Assembly (NCBI GenBank): GCA_951406725.2
Contig: OX597814.1
Coordinates: 91,388,001 to 91,452,000, forward strand
DNA: 64,000 nucleotides
Source: Octopus vulgaris
Taxonomy: Eukaryota
Direction: 5' to 3'
Positions 14,292 to 27,410 of the stretch are shown here, piece by piece; the stretch's first letter is position 1, and each line of letters starts with the position of its first letter. The notes below the pieces were generated by a model. It saw nothing but the letters and a program-made list of their open reading frames with translations. It was not told the origin of the DNA and searched no databases. A program made the translations under genes and the position numbers.

Positions 14292-14393
14292 CATTATCTT
14301 ACCGGGGAGACGGTCTTCACTCAGACAGGACATATCCATAGGCACACACACACACACACAGACATATATATAATATATATATATATGTATATG

Positions 14394-14462
<69 letters not shown>

Positions 14463-14519
14463 CATACATATACATATATATATATATATATACAAACATA
14501 CATGCATACATATATACAG

Positions 14520-14556
<37 letters not shown>

Positions 14557-14735
14557 ACATATATATGTATGTATGTATGCATATGTGTGCTTATAAACAT
14601 ATGTATATGCACAGATATATATATTTATACATGTAAATATGTATACATGTTTGTACGCGCGCGTGTGTGTGAGTATTTGTACGAGGATCTTTATTAATTA
14701 CTACAATTGTTTCGACCCATCTACATATATGTATG

Positions 14736-14800
<65 letters not shown>

Positions 14801-14832
14801 TATATATATGTTGTGTGTGTGTGTGTGTGTGC

Positions 14833-14866
<34 letters not shown>

Positions 14867-14869
14867 ATA

Positions 14870-14902
<33 letters not shown>

Positions 14903-14952
14903 CTATGGATATGTCCTGTCTGAGTGAAGACCGTCTCCCCGGTAAGATAATG
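14292..14952. repeat. Perfect 50-bp inverted repeat enclosing a microsatellite mosaic
   Basis: 14292-14341 (cattatcttaccggggagacggtcttcactcagacaggacatatccatag) is the exact reverse complement of 14903-14952. Confidence 0.9.
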
Positions 14953-15800
14953 CTTGATTGTGACTTGAAGTTAATTACAAAGTCAACAGTGTACATTAAT
15001 CTTGTATTTCTTTTTCTTTCTTTTTTTACATAGTTACTTTCTGTCTGTCAAAATATCGATTTTACGGAGTTACATCAAGTACGACTTCAATACTATTCTA
15101 TGAATCTTTGTTAGCTTTCATATTGAACAACTTCCTTTTCCTTCGGTCTTACAGGATACTGGTCATTTAGTTGTTGATCTTTATTTTCTAACTTCTGATT
15201 TGATCATTTGTCTTATATCCATTTATATATAATTATTTTTAATCTCTTTTTCCTTTTTTTCTTATCTACAGTCTTTATTTATCACGCATAATTAGCTTTT
15301 AGATTTTAGGTTTTTTTACTATTTTATGTATATAGAGATACATTTTTATGATAACTTTACGTCAAGTTTTTTTACTATGCTAATCAATCTATAATTGTTT
15401 GATTCTAAGTATATTTCTCAAATAAAAATCATTTAATTAGTATCACTTATCTAAATGACAATTCTCATATACAAGGATGAAGTGAATATTCTAGTTATAT
15501 ATCAAAATTCATGGTCTGATGTGTAAATAGGAAGAAGTTCTGTGTTTTTTCTCATTGACTGAGATTAGAAATCTGTTTTTCTTTTTCTTTTTCGGTAGTC
15601 TTATTTTTGTTGCTCTCTCTCACTACTTCTTTCAGTGTGTCACTTATTACCTGCGTGCTTACATTTATCTATATTTTGTTTCTATTTTCTGTTTCTATTG
15701 CTCCGAATTACAATGTATCCAACACTTGTAGGTAGTAGTAGTTTCTGTATGACGAATACACGCACAAACACAAGCACACCATACATAAACAGCACACACT

Positions 15801-16055
<255 letters not shown>

Positions 16056-16134
16056 TTTGACAAACTACAGTCTTGCATTTTTAGGAATTTCTTACAACAG
16101 CATAATGACAGAATAATTTTAAGGCAAGCAACGG

Positions 16135-16322
16135 ACGAATTACTTCACCCCCATACTTGATTTTACATTATAGTTTAGCAGCACGAGATACGTATAAGTC
16201 TAATTTTACACTGGTGTGTAGAGTGCAGGATTTGAACTTAAAGCGTAAAAGTTCATAATTAAATAAACACCGCAAAGAAGTTTATCCAACGCTTTAACGT
16301 TTTTGCGAATCTATCGACCTAA
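16135..16322 (-). mobile_element. Old SINE family B copy
   Basis: Reverse-strand similarity to the family B head (ggatttgaactta...accgcaaagaagtttatccaacgctttaacg). Confidence 0.4.
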
Positions 16323-17092
16323 GCTTTCTATTTGAAATACTTATGAAATATAGCCAATTATTTATATAAATATGAACAGCGAATTTTATCATGTATATCT
16401 TTATCATGTTACAGACCATGAAGAAAATTTATATGAAATTAATTAAACATCTAAGTATTGAGTAACACATTTAGTAAATTGTTCTCGACAAATGATTTAT
16501 CATTGTTTAATATATTCCTTTAATATTCTCGTGCAAAGTTATGACAAAATTCATTTCAACTGTGTAGCATTTTCTACTTAATGTAGATGGACCAGAGTCA
16601 TTAGCAGTTCTGCTAATTAAGTGACCTCATACTTCAGCTAAACACAATCAGAGACATACAGAATGCATCATCATCAATAATTATCTTTGATGTGAATGTC
16701 AGTAAACCGACCACTTTATAACACAGCGGTAGCATTATATTTACAACAGTTCTTGGGGGACGGACAAACAGCAAAGAAAGAAATAGACGAAGAGACAGAA
16801 GGACATGTGGAGAAACAATTTATTAATATATTTCAATTATATTAATGGATTTTGTCTCTTTTCGAACCCCAGATTCTCGTAATCTCTGCTTCCGGATTTT
16901 ATATGCGGACAATTTCATAATTTCATTTACAAGTACATTATCATCTGTTAAGACCGACATTTCGATTAAGAACAAATTGCTTTCCTGTATGTTCTTGACA
17001 AAAATATCAGGCCGATTAAAAGTAAAGTCTCAGTCTAAACGGTTTAGTAGATATCATGATCTGATTCTCTCAGACAATTCCTTGTACTTCTT

Positions 17093-17312
17093 TGGCAGAA
17101 CCGTTAGCACGCCGGGCGAAATGCTTTGCGGTATTTCTTCCGTCGCTGAGTTCTGAGTTCAAATTCCACCAAGGTCGACTTTGCCTTTCATCCTTTCGGG
17201 GTTGATAAATTAAGTACCAGTTACGCACTGGGGTCGATGTAATCGACTTAATTCGTCTGTCTGTCCTTGTTTGTCCCCTCTGTGGTTAGCCCCTTGTGGG
17301 TAGTAAAGAAAT
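17093..17312 (+). mobile_element. tRNA-derived SINE family B (central block resembling the Meta/Sauria-type domain)
   Basis: ggcagaaccgttagc...gagttcaaattcc...gactttgcctttcatcctttcggggttgataaattaagtaccag. Near-identical to 24506-24722. Confidence 0.85.
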
Positions 17313-18110
17313 ATATCTTTGTTCCATTTGATATATCACAATACTAGAGTTGTTGGCAGATTACAAATGTTATGATTCGAGATGGATTCTTTACTAGTTA
17401 AAACTAGACAAAGAAGAATAATGGGGCTAATACTTTCATGCCAATATTCAAATAGTCACTTAATGTAGTTCCTTTCAAAACATACCTCTGTTAGTTTCTA
17501 TATGGAAAGGTTTGATAGAGTACTTCGATCAGAATATTTCAGTCTTAACATTGTCACATGCATTTCGGAGTGTTGTTGTTTATTCGTTACCTCTTTCCAA
17601 AATGTTTAGATTTGTTCATATTTTCAATTATTAGTCACAGCGGAGGTACAATCCTCATTTCTGAAAATATTTAATTTTGCATGTATTTTTGATAACATTT
17701 GTCAATCTATTTCTTTACATATTCTGTAACCTCATAAATGGCTATTTATTTTTGCCTTTGTCGCCTATTTTCTTTTGTTTTTCTGTGGTATGTAATCTGG
17801 TTTAATTTTGGATTTGCTTCTGCGCCTCTGTTTGTGTCTATCTATTTCGCAGGTGTATGTGTGTCATATGTGCGTGCGTGTGGGTGTGTATATTCAAATG
17901 CTTGTATATGTTTACATATGTGTGCGTATACATATATATATATATATATATACAATTATTTAGATAGTTGTACACGAAGATGCACTAATTAATCACTATA
18001 CAAAATTTCAATGTTAACATGAAATAAGCTGCAGCGAGTTTTCATGATTACGCGTGTTCTCGTTCTTGTTGTTGTTGTTGTTGTTCTTCTTCTTCTTCTT
18101 CTTCTTCTTC

Positions 18111-18182
<72 letters not shown>

Positions 18183-18185
<3 letters not shown>

Positions 18186-18980
18186 GTTTGAATTTTGCTT
18201 TGTATTTGTAAAAGTTGTCTCCAAATCTCACCCAGAAACCTCAAGAGCCAACAAGTTAGAAGTTCATGTTGGTGTTATGCCTAGAGTGTCATATATTCGG
18301 TTTTGCTCATAGTATTAGAAAATGTTTAAGAAAACAAGAAAATTATGAGTTTGTTCTAAATTTGAGATTACATAGACAGTATTTTACGTAGGATATGGGC
18401 AGTCCCCATGCGCACTATCTTTTGAATTTCCGCCATTTTGGGGTTTCCTGGTATCTGAGCTAGGTAGCGATGAGTCGCATTTGCTATCATTCCTAGGGCA
18501 GCTATGATAAAGGTATTGTTTTAGTGTTGAGGTTTCACATTTTGCCAATTTCTATTTCAAGATCTTTATACTTGCTGAGTTTTTGGTAGGTCTTGACACA
18601 TATATTTATGTCAAATGGGACAGTCATATCAATGAGGAGGTATGATTTTAGTCTGGAGTCTTTCAATATAATGTATGGCCTATTCGCATCTATCTTTCTG
18701 TCAGTATGAATGGTGAAGTTCCAGAGAAATGAGATGTGATCATTTTGAAGCAGAAAGGTGGTTTGTGCTCCCACCAGTTTTTATCATGGGATAGGTCCAA
18801 GTTTCCGCAAATTACCCAGTGAATATATTCTGCTGATCTATGATGCCTGTTGAGATAATCTGTAGGCTCAAGAAGGATACACATGGAGACAACATGATCA
18901 ATGGTTCCAATTATTCGTTGACATACACGACATGTTGCGCTACTGCTGTTCTTTAATACGTAGGCTGCATAAGAAGACCA

Positions 18981-18981
<1 letters not shown>
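18183..18981 (-). mobile_element. 3' end of R4/Dong-like non-LTR retrotransposon (CCHC knuckle plus restriction-like endonuclease), embedded in (TAA)n
   Basis: Minus frames give CRVCQRIIGTIDHVVSMC, HHRSAEYIHW, TDRKIDANRPYIILKD...LIDMTVPFDINI..KLSKYKDL and GTAHILRKIL (PD-(D/E)xK-type REL). Flanked on both sides by TAA arrays. Confidence 0.8.
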
Positions 18982-19019
<38 letters not shown>

Positions 19020-19037
19020 CATCATCATCATCATCAG

Positions 19038-19070
<33 letters not shown>

Positions 19071-19150
19071 GGTCATTATCATCATCGTCGTTGTTGTTGT
19101 TATTATTATTGCTATTATTATTATCATTGTTATTATTATTATTATTTTTA

Positions 19151-19223
<73 letters not shown>

Positions 19224-20426
19224 CATCATTATTATTATTAGTAATGTCGTTGTGGTTCTTTTTCCTTTGTAATTTTCTCTCATCCACCGCTAGTTTAGCA
19301 CCCAAAGGAAATCCTTTCGATTACAGTTGCCGACTGGCGTAGTTTAGCATGAAGTATTGTATGCCAGATCCGGTGTATTACGAAATAAAAACGTTTCCAG
19401 TTATGAAATGCGGCACCAAACATATCTTAGTTTTTATATCACAAAGTCTCTGCCTGTGTGTATGATTATTTTCCATTTGTTTTCACTTTGTGTTTTTTCA
19501 TTGCAACTCTTTGGTATATTTTAAAGCAATTGTGATTTTCTACATTTTTAAAAGCTTATTTATTTTCTCACTTATTTCCCCCCAGCTGAATGCAAATACG
19601 ATGAGCGAAATCGAATTCCAAGAATAATACACATCTTGAGAAACAATAATAACGACTATGCCAAAAGAGTGTAAAACAAATCTTCAGTTACTCAGTCTAG
19701 ACATGTCAAATCACAACACAATTATAATTGATTTCTTCTAACATTCTGCTATTATTGTAGCATTAATCTTACTGCTAATGTTTTATTTTATTGTTGCTAC
19801 TTGACAAATAGTTTTATATTACTTTCAGCATATTTCTGCTTTACAGTGGTTTGTCAATGTTGATGAAGCCAATATTTTCGTTTGATGATCTTGCTGTTAT
19901 TGTTTATATTATTGTTGCTGTTGTACTTGTTTTTCTTGTTAAGTAGATTTCTATTTCCTCAGAACAAAAATAGCAATGGTGTGTTGTTTGCTAACAAAAC
20001 ATTGGTATTACGTCGCTAGATATGATTATATCATCTTTTTTATTTCTGCTCGTGTTGTTTAGCATCAGGTCAAACTCTGACCCAAAATAGTCTAGGTGAC
20101 CAACACGTCTTGTTCACGTTCGATGGACTACATAACTTAATGTTATCTTATCTTACTTACAACAGTAGAGCGTGATTTGATAGAAATTTCCAGGCTATTT
20201 CTTGTAGATTTGCGGAAGACTTAGTGTCTACTTCATTGATTCTTTTCATCAATTTTCTAGAGGTTATTGAATATGTAATCTGATATTATCAAATGGTTCT
20301 TTTAGTAAAATAAATATACTGGACAGAACAGGCGCCATAGTGTTGGCCATATATTTGCTTGTTGCAAAGTTTTCATATTGTATATTTCATTGTTACTGTT
20401 AACTGGTAGGAAACATACTAATATTA

Positions 20427-20970
<544 letters not shown>

Positions 20971-21798
20971 TAATATTAATACCTTTCGATTTTTATCGTA
21001 AATTTGGTTATACTGTATACATACATATGAGTGTGTGCGCGTGTGAGTGTGTGTGTGTATGCACGTGCGTGCATATTTATGTGTATATATTTTACATGTG
21101 TGTGTGTTTGAATATTTGGGACACGCACAATCAAGTATGTCAAAATCAACAAGGCTTGCCTTCTTCAGCACATCAGTAAGGGGCATTCTTCCCGGTGAAG
21201 TCGAAACCTTGATAATGACGTGAGAGATTGATTATTACTTTAGTATATTCACAAAACTTCTGATGAAATCTAAAAAGCGTCACAATATTTGAACACAAAG
21301 GATGGACAAGATAATAATCTACCCTCTACAACGCAGAATAGGTTTTCTCGCCAAGCATACCGAAGAACAGGCTATATTCAGTACTCGTCTATATATGATA
21401 TACTAGCTTAAGGTCACCCGCTCTACGCGCAGGTAAGGGTGTGGTTGTTAATTTATCTTGCCTTCTTTCTGTTTCTTAACGCTACATTTTCCCCTCCTTG
21501 TTTCTCTCTCCTTTCTCCCTCACTTTTCCACTCTCTTACTATTCCTTTCTCTCAGATTCTCCCTCGCTTTCTCTTACTCTCTATCTATCCATGTACCATT
21601 TATAAAAATTAGATATCCGCACTTAAATTACAAATCCGCTTCCACAGTGTCCCCAAAATTTAATAAAATCCCCGTTTTCACACCAAAGCAACTACGTCTC
21701 TCAATCAATTCCTCAAGCTAGAGTTACCCGCTCCTGTAAATTTTAATCTCCTTCCAGCCCCATTTAGACCCCTTTTTACATAAAAATCCAATTTGTAT

Positions 21799-22742
21799 CA
21801 ACAGAGAGATATACCCGGCCCTGCTCGGGTTTAAAATAATTTATAATTGTTTTACTTGTTTCGGTATTATAACTCGATTTCATTCGGGTCTACGCGGACA
21901 ACATTTTAAGAGATGAGGAATTTTGCCCTAGAGGCCATGCCTTTCAATTAAGCAAACTCAAAGTTGCTCTGCAAACTCGCTAGGTGTGCTTATTTTCAGC
22001 TCAATCCAACTACATATGCACACATTACACATATATATATATATACGCATTAAATATGTATATATAGACGCATTATATATACATGCCTACACACACACAC
22101 GCATGTATATATATAGTTAATCCAAACAAGAAAGCACAAAAAAACACAACAACGCGAGGACGTGGAACAAATATAGTATATATATATATATATATATAAT
22201 TTAACACAATATATCTGATTAATAATATCTGTTGTGATTGTGCGGTGGTGGTGGGCGATAACAATTCAGCGTTCTAAAAGATCTGTGGGGGGAATATTTA
22301 AACATTTTCGGCTGTCAACGCTTTCTCTTTATAGATACAGACAGATGTACAGTGAGAGAAGTGGTGGTGGAAGAAAGAGTGACAGAGACACGGCAAAGGC
22401 GGAGAGGGAATGAGAGTGGAAGGTGTCAAACGTATTTATAGAGAGATCGTGGAGGGAAGGAAGGAAAGAGAGAGATCGAGGAAGACAAGGTGATATCTGA
22501 AAGGGAGAGAAACGATATCTGAAAGTGAGACAAACACTCGTCAAAGTCTGGGTTTTGTTGCCCTAATAACCACAGCTTTTGAGATAGGGATTTCTAACCT
22601 AGTTCAGTCGCTTCCTCGTCTCTTTTTACATGTCTCTGTAAATTTTGGAGCCAATCCGACTCCATCTACCGTCCCTTAAACCGTTCTCATCCCAAAATGA
22701 GACAAACAAATTTTTCGCATTTCAGCTTTATAGATATTGATT
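21799..22742 (+). mobile_element. Probable non-autonomous Helentron/HINE (Lep1-like) element with nested inserts
   Basis: 5' subterminal hairpin acccggccctgctcgggt (~21813-21830) and 3' end acaaacaaatttttcgcatttcagctttatagatattgatt resemble HINE/Lep1 termini. Confidence 0.45.
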
Positions 22743-22940
22743 AACTTTTCTCGATTTAATTTGTGTACGGGCTTAATTATTCTGTAGCATGAGATTGGGG
22801 CTTTTAATTGTAAATGAGTAGCCCTTTGTATGAGTACGTTAATTCAATCTGTCCATATGCTAGTTAAGAATGTGTATATAAGGTTCAATGTACAGCAAAG
22901 TGCATTCTTACATGTGACTATGCGTGTATGATTTTGCTTG

Positions 22941-23820
22941 TACGAGGTGAATTCAAAAGGTATTCGAGCTTAATTTTCCCGCCAAAACTAATGACGCGCG
23001 GGTGAAATACTTAGAATAGGAGGTGACGTCACCATTTTTGTTTAAGCGAAAAAGTTTTAGCGCCGGTAGGCCACGTCAATTTCCGGCTGATACACCTAGA
23101 GTGCATACATGTAGTACACGCTCGTCAGATTTCCGTTTTTACCAAACACAACGAGCAGAGGTATTGCAAAAGTTTAGTGATACTCAAGCTCAAACCTTCC
23201 AGACTATTCAGCCGCCATTTCGCGAAGATTTCATGGACAAAACTTAGATCAATGAGTGGTACAACTACTTCAAACATGGCCGCACTTCACTGGAGAGAAA
23301 GGTACACTCAGTCAAGTAATCCACTAATCGAAAGGAGAAGCCTATTTAGAAGGTTCGGTAAACAGTCATGGACGACCGTCGGATAACAATCCTGGAAATT
23401 GCTCGCTACTTTGGAATAAGTACAGGAGCAATGCATTCCTTTTAAAACGGGTGATTTCGGCATGCGGTGAGTGTCGGCGAAATTTGTCACCAAGGTGTTG
23501 AGAAGAAGGTAGCAGAAGTAACTTTCTGTGGAAATCACTAAGAACTTGGAAACTGGAACCCGTCATCAATGGTAATGAAAAATCAGTTTATGCTCTGTGC
23601 TCGAAACGTTAGGTCATCTTGCATGAAAACGAGAATCCGACGCCCGCACACTACACGTCTGTACTCCAGACGTAACACACACGAAATGACGAGGCCTACC
23701 GGTGCAAAAACTTTCTCGGATGCGCAGAGACGGTGGACCACCTCTCACCCAAAGGATTTTTAAAAGGGACATCAGTTGTGGCGGGAAAAAATAAAGACGA
23801 ATACATTTTTATGCATACGT
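22941..23820 (+). mobile_element. Internally deleted mariner transposon relic
   Basis: TA plus cgaggtg TIR at 22941-22983 and degenerate inverted TIR at 23780-23820 (both contain ttttcccgcc). Transposase remnants: WYNYFKHGRTSLE, DDRRITILEIA, GMR*VSAKFVTKVL. Confidence 0.8.
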
Positions 23821-24362
23821 TTTTCTATATATATTAAGTATGCTAAAACATTCTGGTGTATCGACACGTGACTTATTTTAACATCTTCAGCAGGTTATGA
23901 CATAAATAATCTACTATTTATCGTTAATATATGTTTGATGAATTCGTGATTTAATATGTCCAAACTGGACGTTTCAGATCAACTTGGTCTATTTAATAAT
24001 TTTATCAGATTTCCTGTTAGTTGCTATTGCTAGAGTTCTTATTCATTTTTATATATACTTTTTCTCGTTTCCTATTGCTATATTTTGCGTAAGATAATTT
24101 ACTCTGACCTTGTGCTTTGCCATTTGTTGCAATATTATTTTTACTTGAACATAATTTTCATATACGTAAGGATAGCATTAAAAACTTATATTTCGATTAA
24201 CTCTTGATGGTGAAACGATTATTTGATAACATAGAATTATTGGAAAACGAGTACAAGTAAACGTTTTGTAATTTCAAATACTTGTTTTTCTATGCATTAA
24301 ATTTTACATATATAAATACACACAAGTTGTAAACACATACACACGTATATACTTACATATGC

Positions 24363-24400
<38 letters not shown>

Positions 24401-24434
24401 ATGTGTGTGTGTTTGTTTGTATGTATATATGCAC

Positions 24435-24495
<61 letters not shown>

Positions 24496-24505
24496 TGTGT
24501 GTATG

Positions 24506-24722
24506 AAGGCGGTGAGCACGCCGGGCGAAATGCGAAGCCGTATTTCGTCTGCCGTTACGTTCTGAGTTCAAATTCCGCCAAGGTTGACTTTGCCTTTCAT
24601 CGTTTCGGGGTCGATAAATTAAGTACCAGTTACGCACTGGTGTCGATAGAATCGACTTAATCCGTTTGTCTGTCCTTGTTTGTCCCCTCTGTGTTTTGCC
24701 CCTTGTGGGTAGTAAAGAAATA
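24506..24722 (+). mobile_element. tRNA-derived SINE family B
   Basis: Near-identical to 17093-17312. Confidence 0.85.
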
Positions 24723-24757
24723 TATATATATATATATATGTAAATATATATGTATAT

Positions 24758-24796
<39 letters not shown>

Positions 24797-24821
24797 GATA
24801 TATATATATATATATATATAT

Positions 24822-24849
<28 letters not shown>

Positions 24850-24852
<3 letters not shown>

Positions 24853-24857
24853 TAGAT

Positions 24858-24947
<90 letters not shown>
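24850..24947. repeat. (GATA)n microsatellite, representative of dozens of TA/CA/GA/ATT/TATG/GAAA tracts in the window
   Basis: Directly visible tandem repeat. Confidence 0.95.
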
Positions 24948-24948
<1 letters not shown>

Positions 24949-25396
24949 TTAATAGTAATGGTAAAACAACAAAAGAATGAATGAGACCTCGATATTATTT
25001 AAATAGAGGAATTTCGGTTGCCATAATAAGACTCCGAGTTTCGGACGTCAGGGCGGAAAACTACTCCAGCATCTCGTCGGTTACCGAGGCAATAAAAAAT
25101 GCTATGAAAATGACCGTTAAAGAAAGGGAAATTACTATGTAATTGACCGTTATTAAAGACAAAAGTGCTATTAGAATGACCGTTAATAAGGAAGGAACTG
25201 AAAGGGAGAAAGTAAACAAATAAGGAAGTAAAAATGCTCATAGAAAGTGCGCATGTTTTCCATCCCGACATTCGAAACTCGGATTCTTATTATGGCAACC
25301 GAATAATTGTCACATACTATATTACAGATAAATTCCTCTATTTGCATAATATTGAGGTCTCATTCATTCTTTTGTTGTCTTACCATTACTATTAAT
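24948..25396. repeat. Inverted pseudo-LTR pair at the 5' end of the Naiad-like Penelope element
   Basis: 24948-25061 is the reverse complement of 25255-25396 apart from a ~28-nt indel. Hammerhead-like motif on minus 25085-25025: ggtaa CCGACGA gatg..cgtc c GAAA ctcggag TC ttatt. Confidence 0.75.
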
Positions 25397-25501
25397 AAAT
25401 TACGTCCCGTAAACTGCTATCTTGCCGTAAAAGCTAATACAGCATATTTTGAAAAATCGCCATAAATCGGTTGAGGACTCTTCCCCGCAGAAGAATTCAG
25501 C

Positions 25502-26347
25502 ATGGACGTCTACAATATTGATTATTCTGTGAAAAACATACCTATACCATCCAGGGAACTATACTCCAAGAAACTATTGGAGAAAATTACAGACCATATT
25601 AAGCGTGTGATGGAAAGCTTTCTTTTACAACATGGAAGAGGACACTACAGAGAACATATTCTATGGAATTAAATCAAAGAAATTCTCTCCAAAAATCAAA
25701 GGCTTGGAAGACTTTGAAGCAGACTTACTGAAGCTCATAGACAAAATAAAATTTCGTAAGTCTTTCAACACTTTCCAACAGAAATTGAAACAAGATATCA
25801 CAGAGTTCCAAAAAAAAGTGGCACTTTTTTCTGATAAAACCAAAAGCTTGTACCTTGTAGAAAACAGCACATATTCACGACTCCTACACAACAGCATCAT
25901 TAATAATTACACCAAAGCTAGACCTCAAATTAATAACGAAATTAATAAAGAAGCTAGCATTATCCCCGCCAGACTTAAATTAGATTAAAAAAAAGAGAGG
26001 TAAAAAAAGAGGCCTTTATCAAGGACCATAAAAAGAGCTTCATATCTAACCTTAAATGTAGGCTTATTAACCTAGCTAAATCAGAAATTGGTATTATTAG
26101 TAAAGAAATTTTAGGAAAAATCAATACGAAAGTCAAGAATGCTACTAGGTTAGTACAATGGTCCAATAGTAAAGGCGCAGGAGTGGCTATGTGGTAAGTA
26201 GCTTATCTACCAACCACATGGTTCTGTGTGGTACCTTGGGCAAGTGTCTTCTACTATAGCCTCGGGCCGACCAAAGCTTTGTGAGTGGATTTGGTTGAGG
26301 GAAACTGAAAGAAGCCCGTCGTGTATATGTATATATGTATATATATG

Positions 26348-26378
<31 letters not shown>

Positions 26379-27222
26379 ATGTGTGTGTGTGTATACATGT
26401 TTGTGTGTCTGTGTTTGTCCCCCAACATCGCTTGACAACCGATGGTGGTGTGTTTACGTCCACGTAACTAAGCGGTTCGGCAAAAGAGACTGATAGAATA
26501 AGTACTAGGCTTACAAAGAATAAGTTCTTGGGGTCGATTTGCTCGACTGAAGGTGCTGCTCCAGCATGACCGCAGTCAAATGACTGAAATAAGTAAAAGA
26601 GTAAAGAGTAAGTCGTTGACTGGTTTAAAGCCATTAGGAATAAGAATAAAGCGAGATTCGATATTGTCGAATTTCTATGCCTCTATCTGTAAGGAACTGC
26701 TAGATAAAGCCCTCACCTTCGCAAGCGAATTTATAGAAATGAGTACACAAGATAATGATATAATCTTCCATGCTAGAAATACTTTACTCTTCAGTGAGAA
26801 TGCAGAGTGGGTCAAGACTACCGATACAGAGGGTGCTTTCGATGTGAGCATGTAGTCGTAAGAAGACCAGGTATATGCGATCTTATTGGACTATTCCTAA
26901 TCGATACGTTGGGCAAGACTTTTCCTGAAGAATATTTCGCCATTTACAAAGATGATGCCCTAGCTTTAAGCACAAATACCAATAGACCAGCAAAAGTTCG
27001 GTTTAGGAAGGGCATTATCCAATTGATAAAAACTTTCGGTCTTAAATATAGATACAAACCTTATAGGAAGCCCAACGATAGACTTAATGTAGGTTCCTGC
27101 CATCCCCCCATAGTGTTTGAAAATTTAGTTAAAAACATTAGCAAAAGAATTTCTAGCCTCTCCACCGATATGGTGATTTTGAATAGCGTTGTTCCAGTAT
27201 AAAGTAATGCTCTAAAGGAATT
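25502..27222 (+). pseudogene. Penelope-like reverse transcriptase, Naiad-like clade, frameshifted and SINE-interrupted
   Basis: MDVYNIDYSVKNIPIPS, FEADLLKLIDKIKFR, SDKTKSLY, KDHK..CRLINLAKSEIG, DIVEFYASI, FDVSM*S, ICDLIGLFL, catalytic YKDDAL (26945), YKPYRKPND, SCHPP. Confidence 0.85.
26173..26612 (+). mobile_element. SINE family A inserted into the Penelope RT
   Basis: Full-length copy. It splits the QWSNSK / VVDWF reading, with agtaa(a)g at both ends as a probable target-site duplication. Confidence 0.9.
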
Positions 27223-27410
27223 GCAGCTGGTGATCGAGAGGGTTGGCACAAGACCGCGATGGATGGAGGAAGATAGTGCATGAGAGATGTTTAAGGTTTG
27301 AGAGAAAGAGAGTAAAGTGTGAGTGAATTAGCAGGGGGTTTAGAAGGGGGAACCTGTAGAAAGTGAGTGAGTGTTGCTTTTTATATGTGTGGTTTTTGTG
27401 AGTTTTTAGC

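Noticed and set aside
21905-21922. 18-nt match tttaagagatgaggaatt to the tail of the 20427 element
   Set aside because: Too short to distinguish a micro-insertion from coincidence.
25097-25197. Regularly spaced 9-nt repeat suggesting a CRISPR-like array
   Set aside because: The core is too short, the spacers are related to each other, the context is a eukaryotic retroelement, and there are no cas genes.
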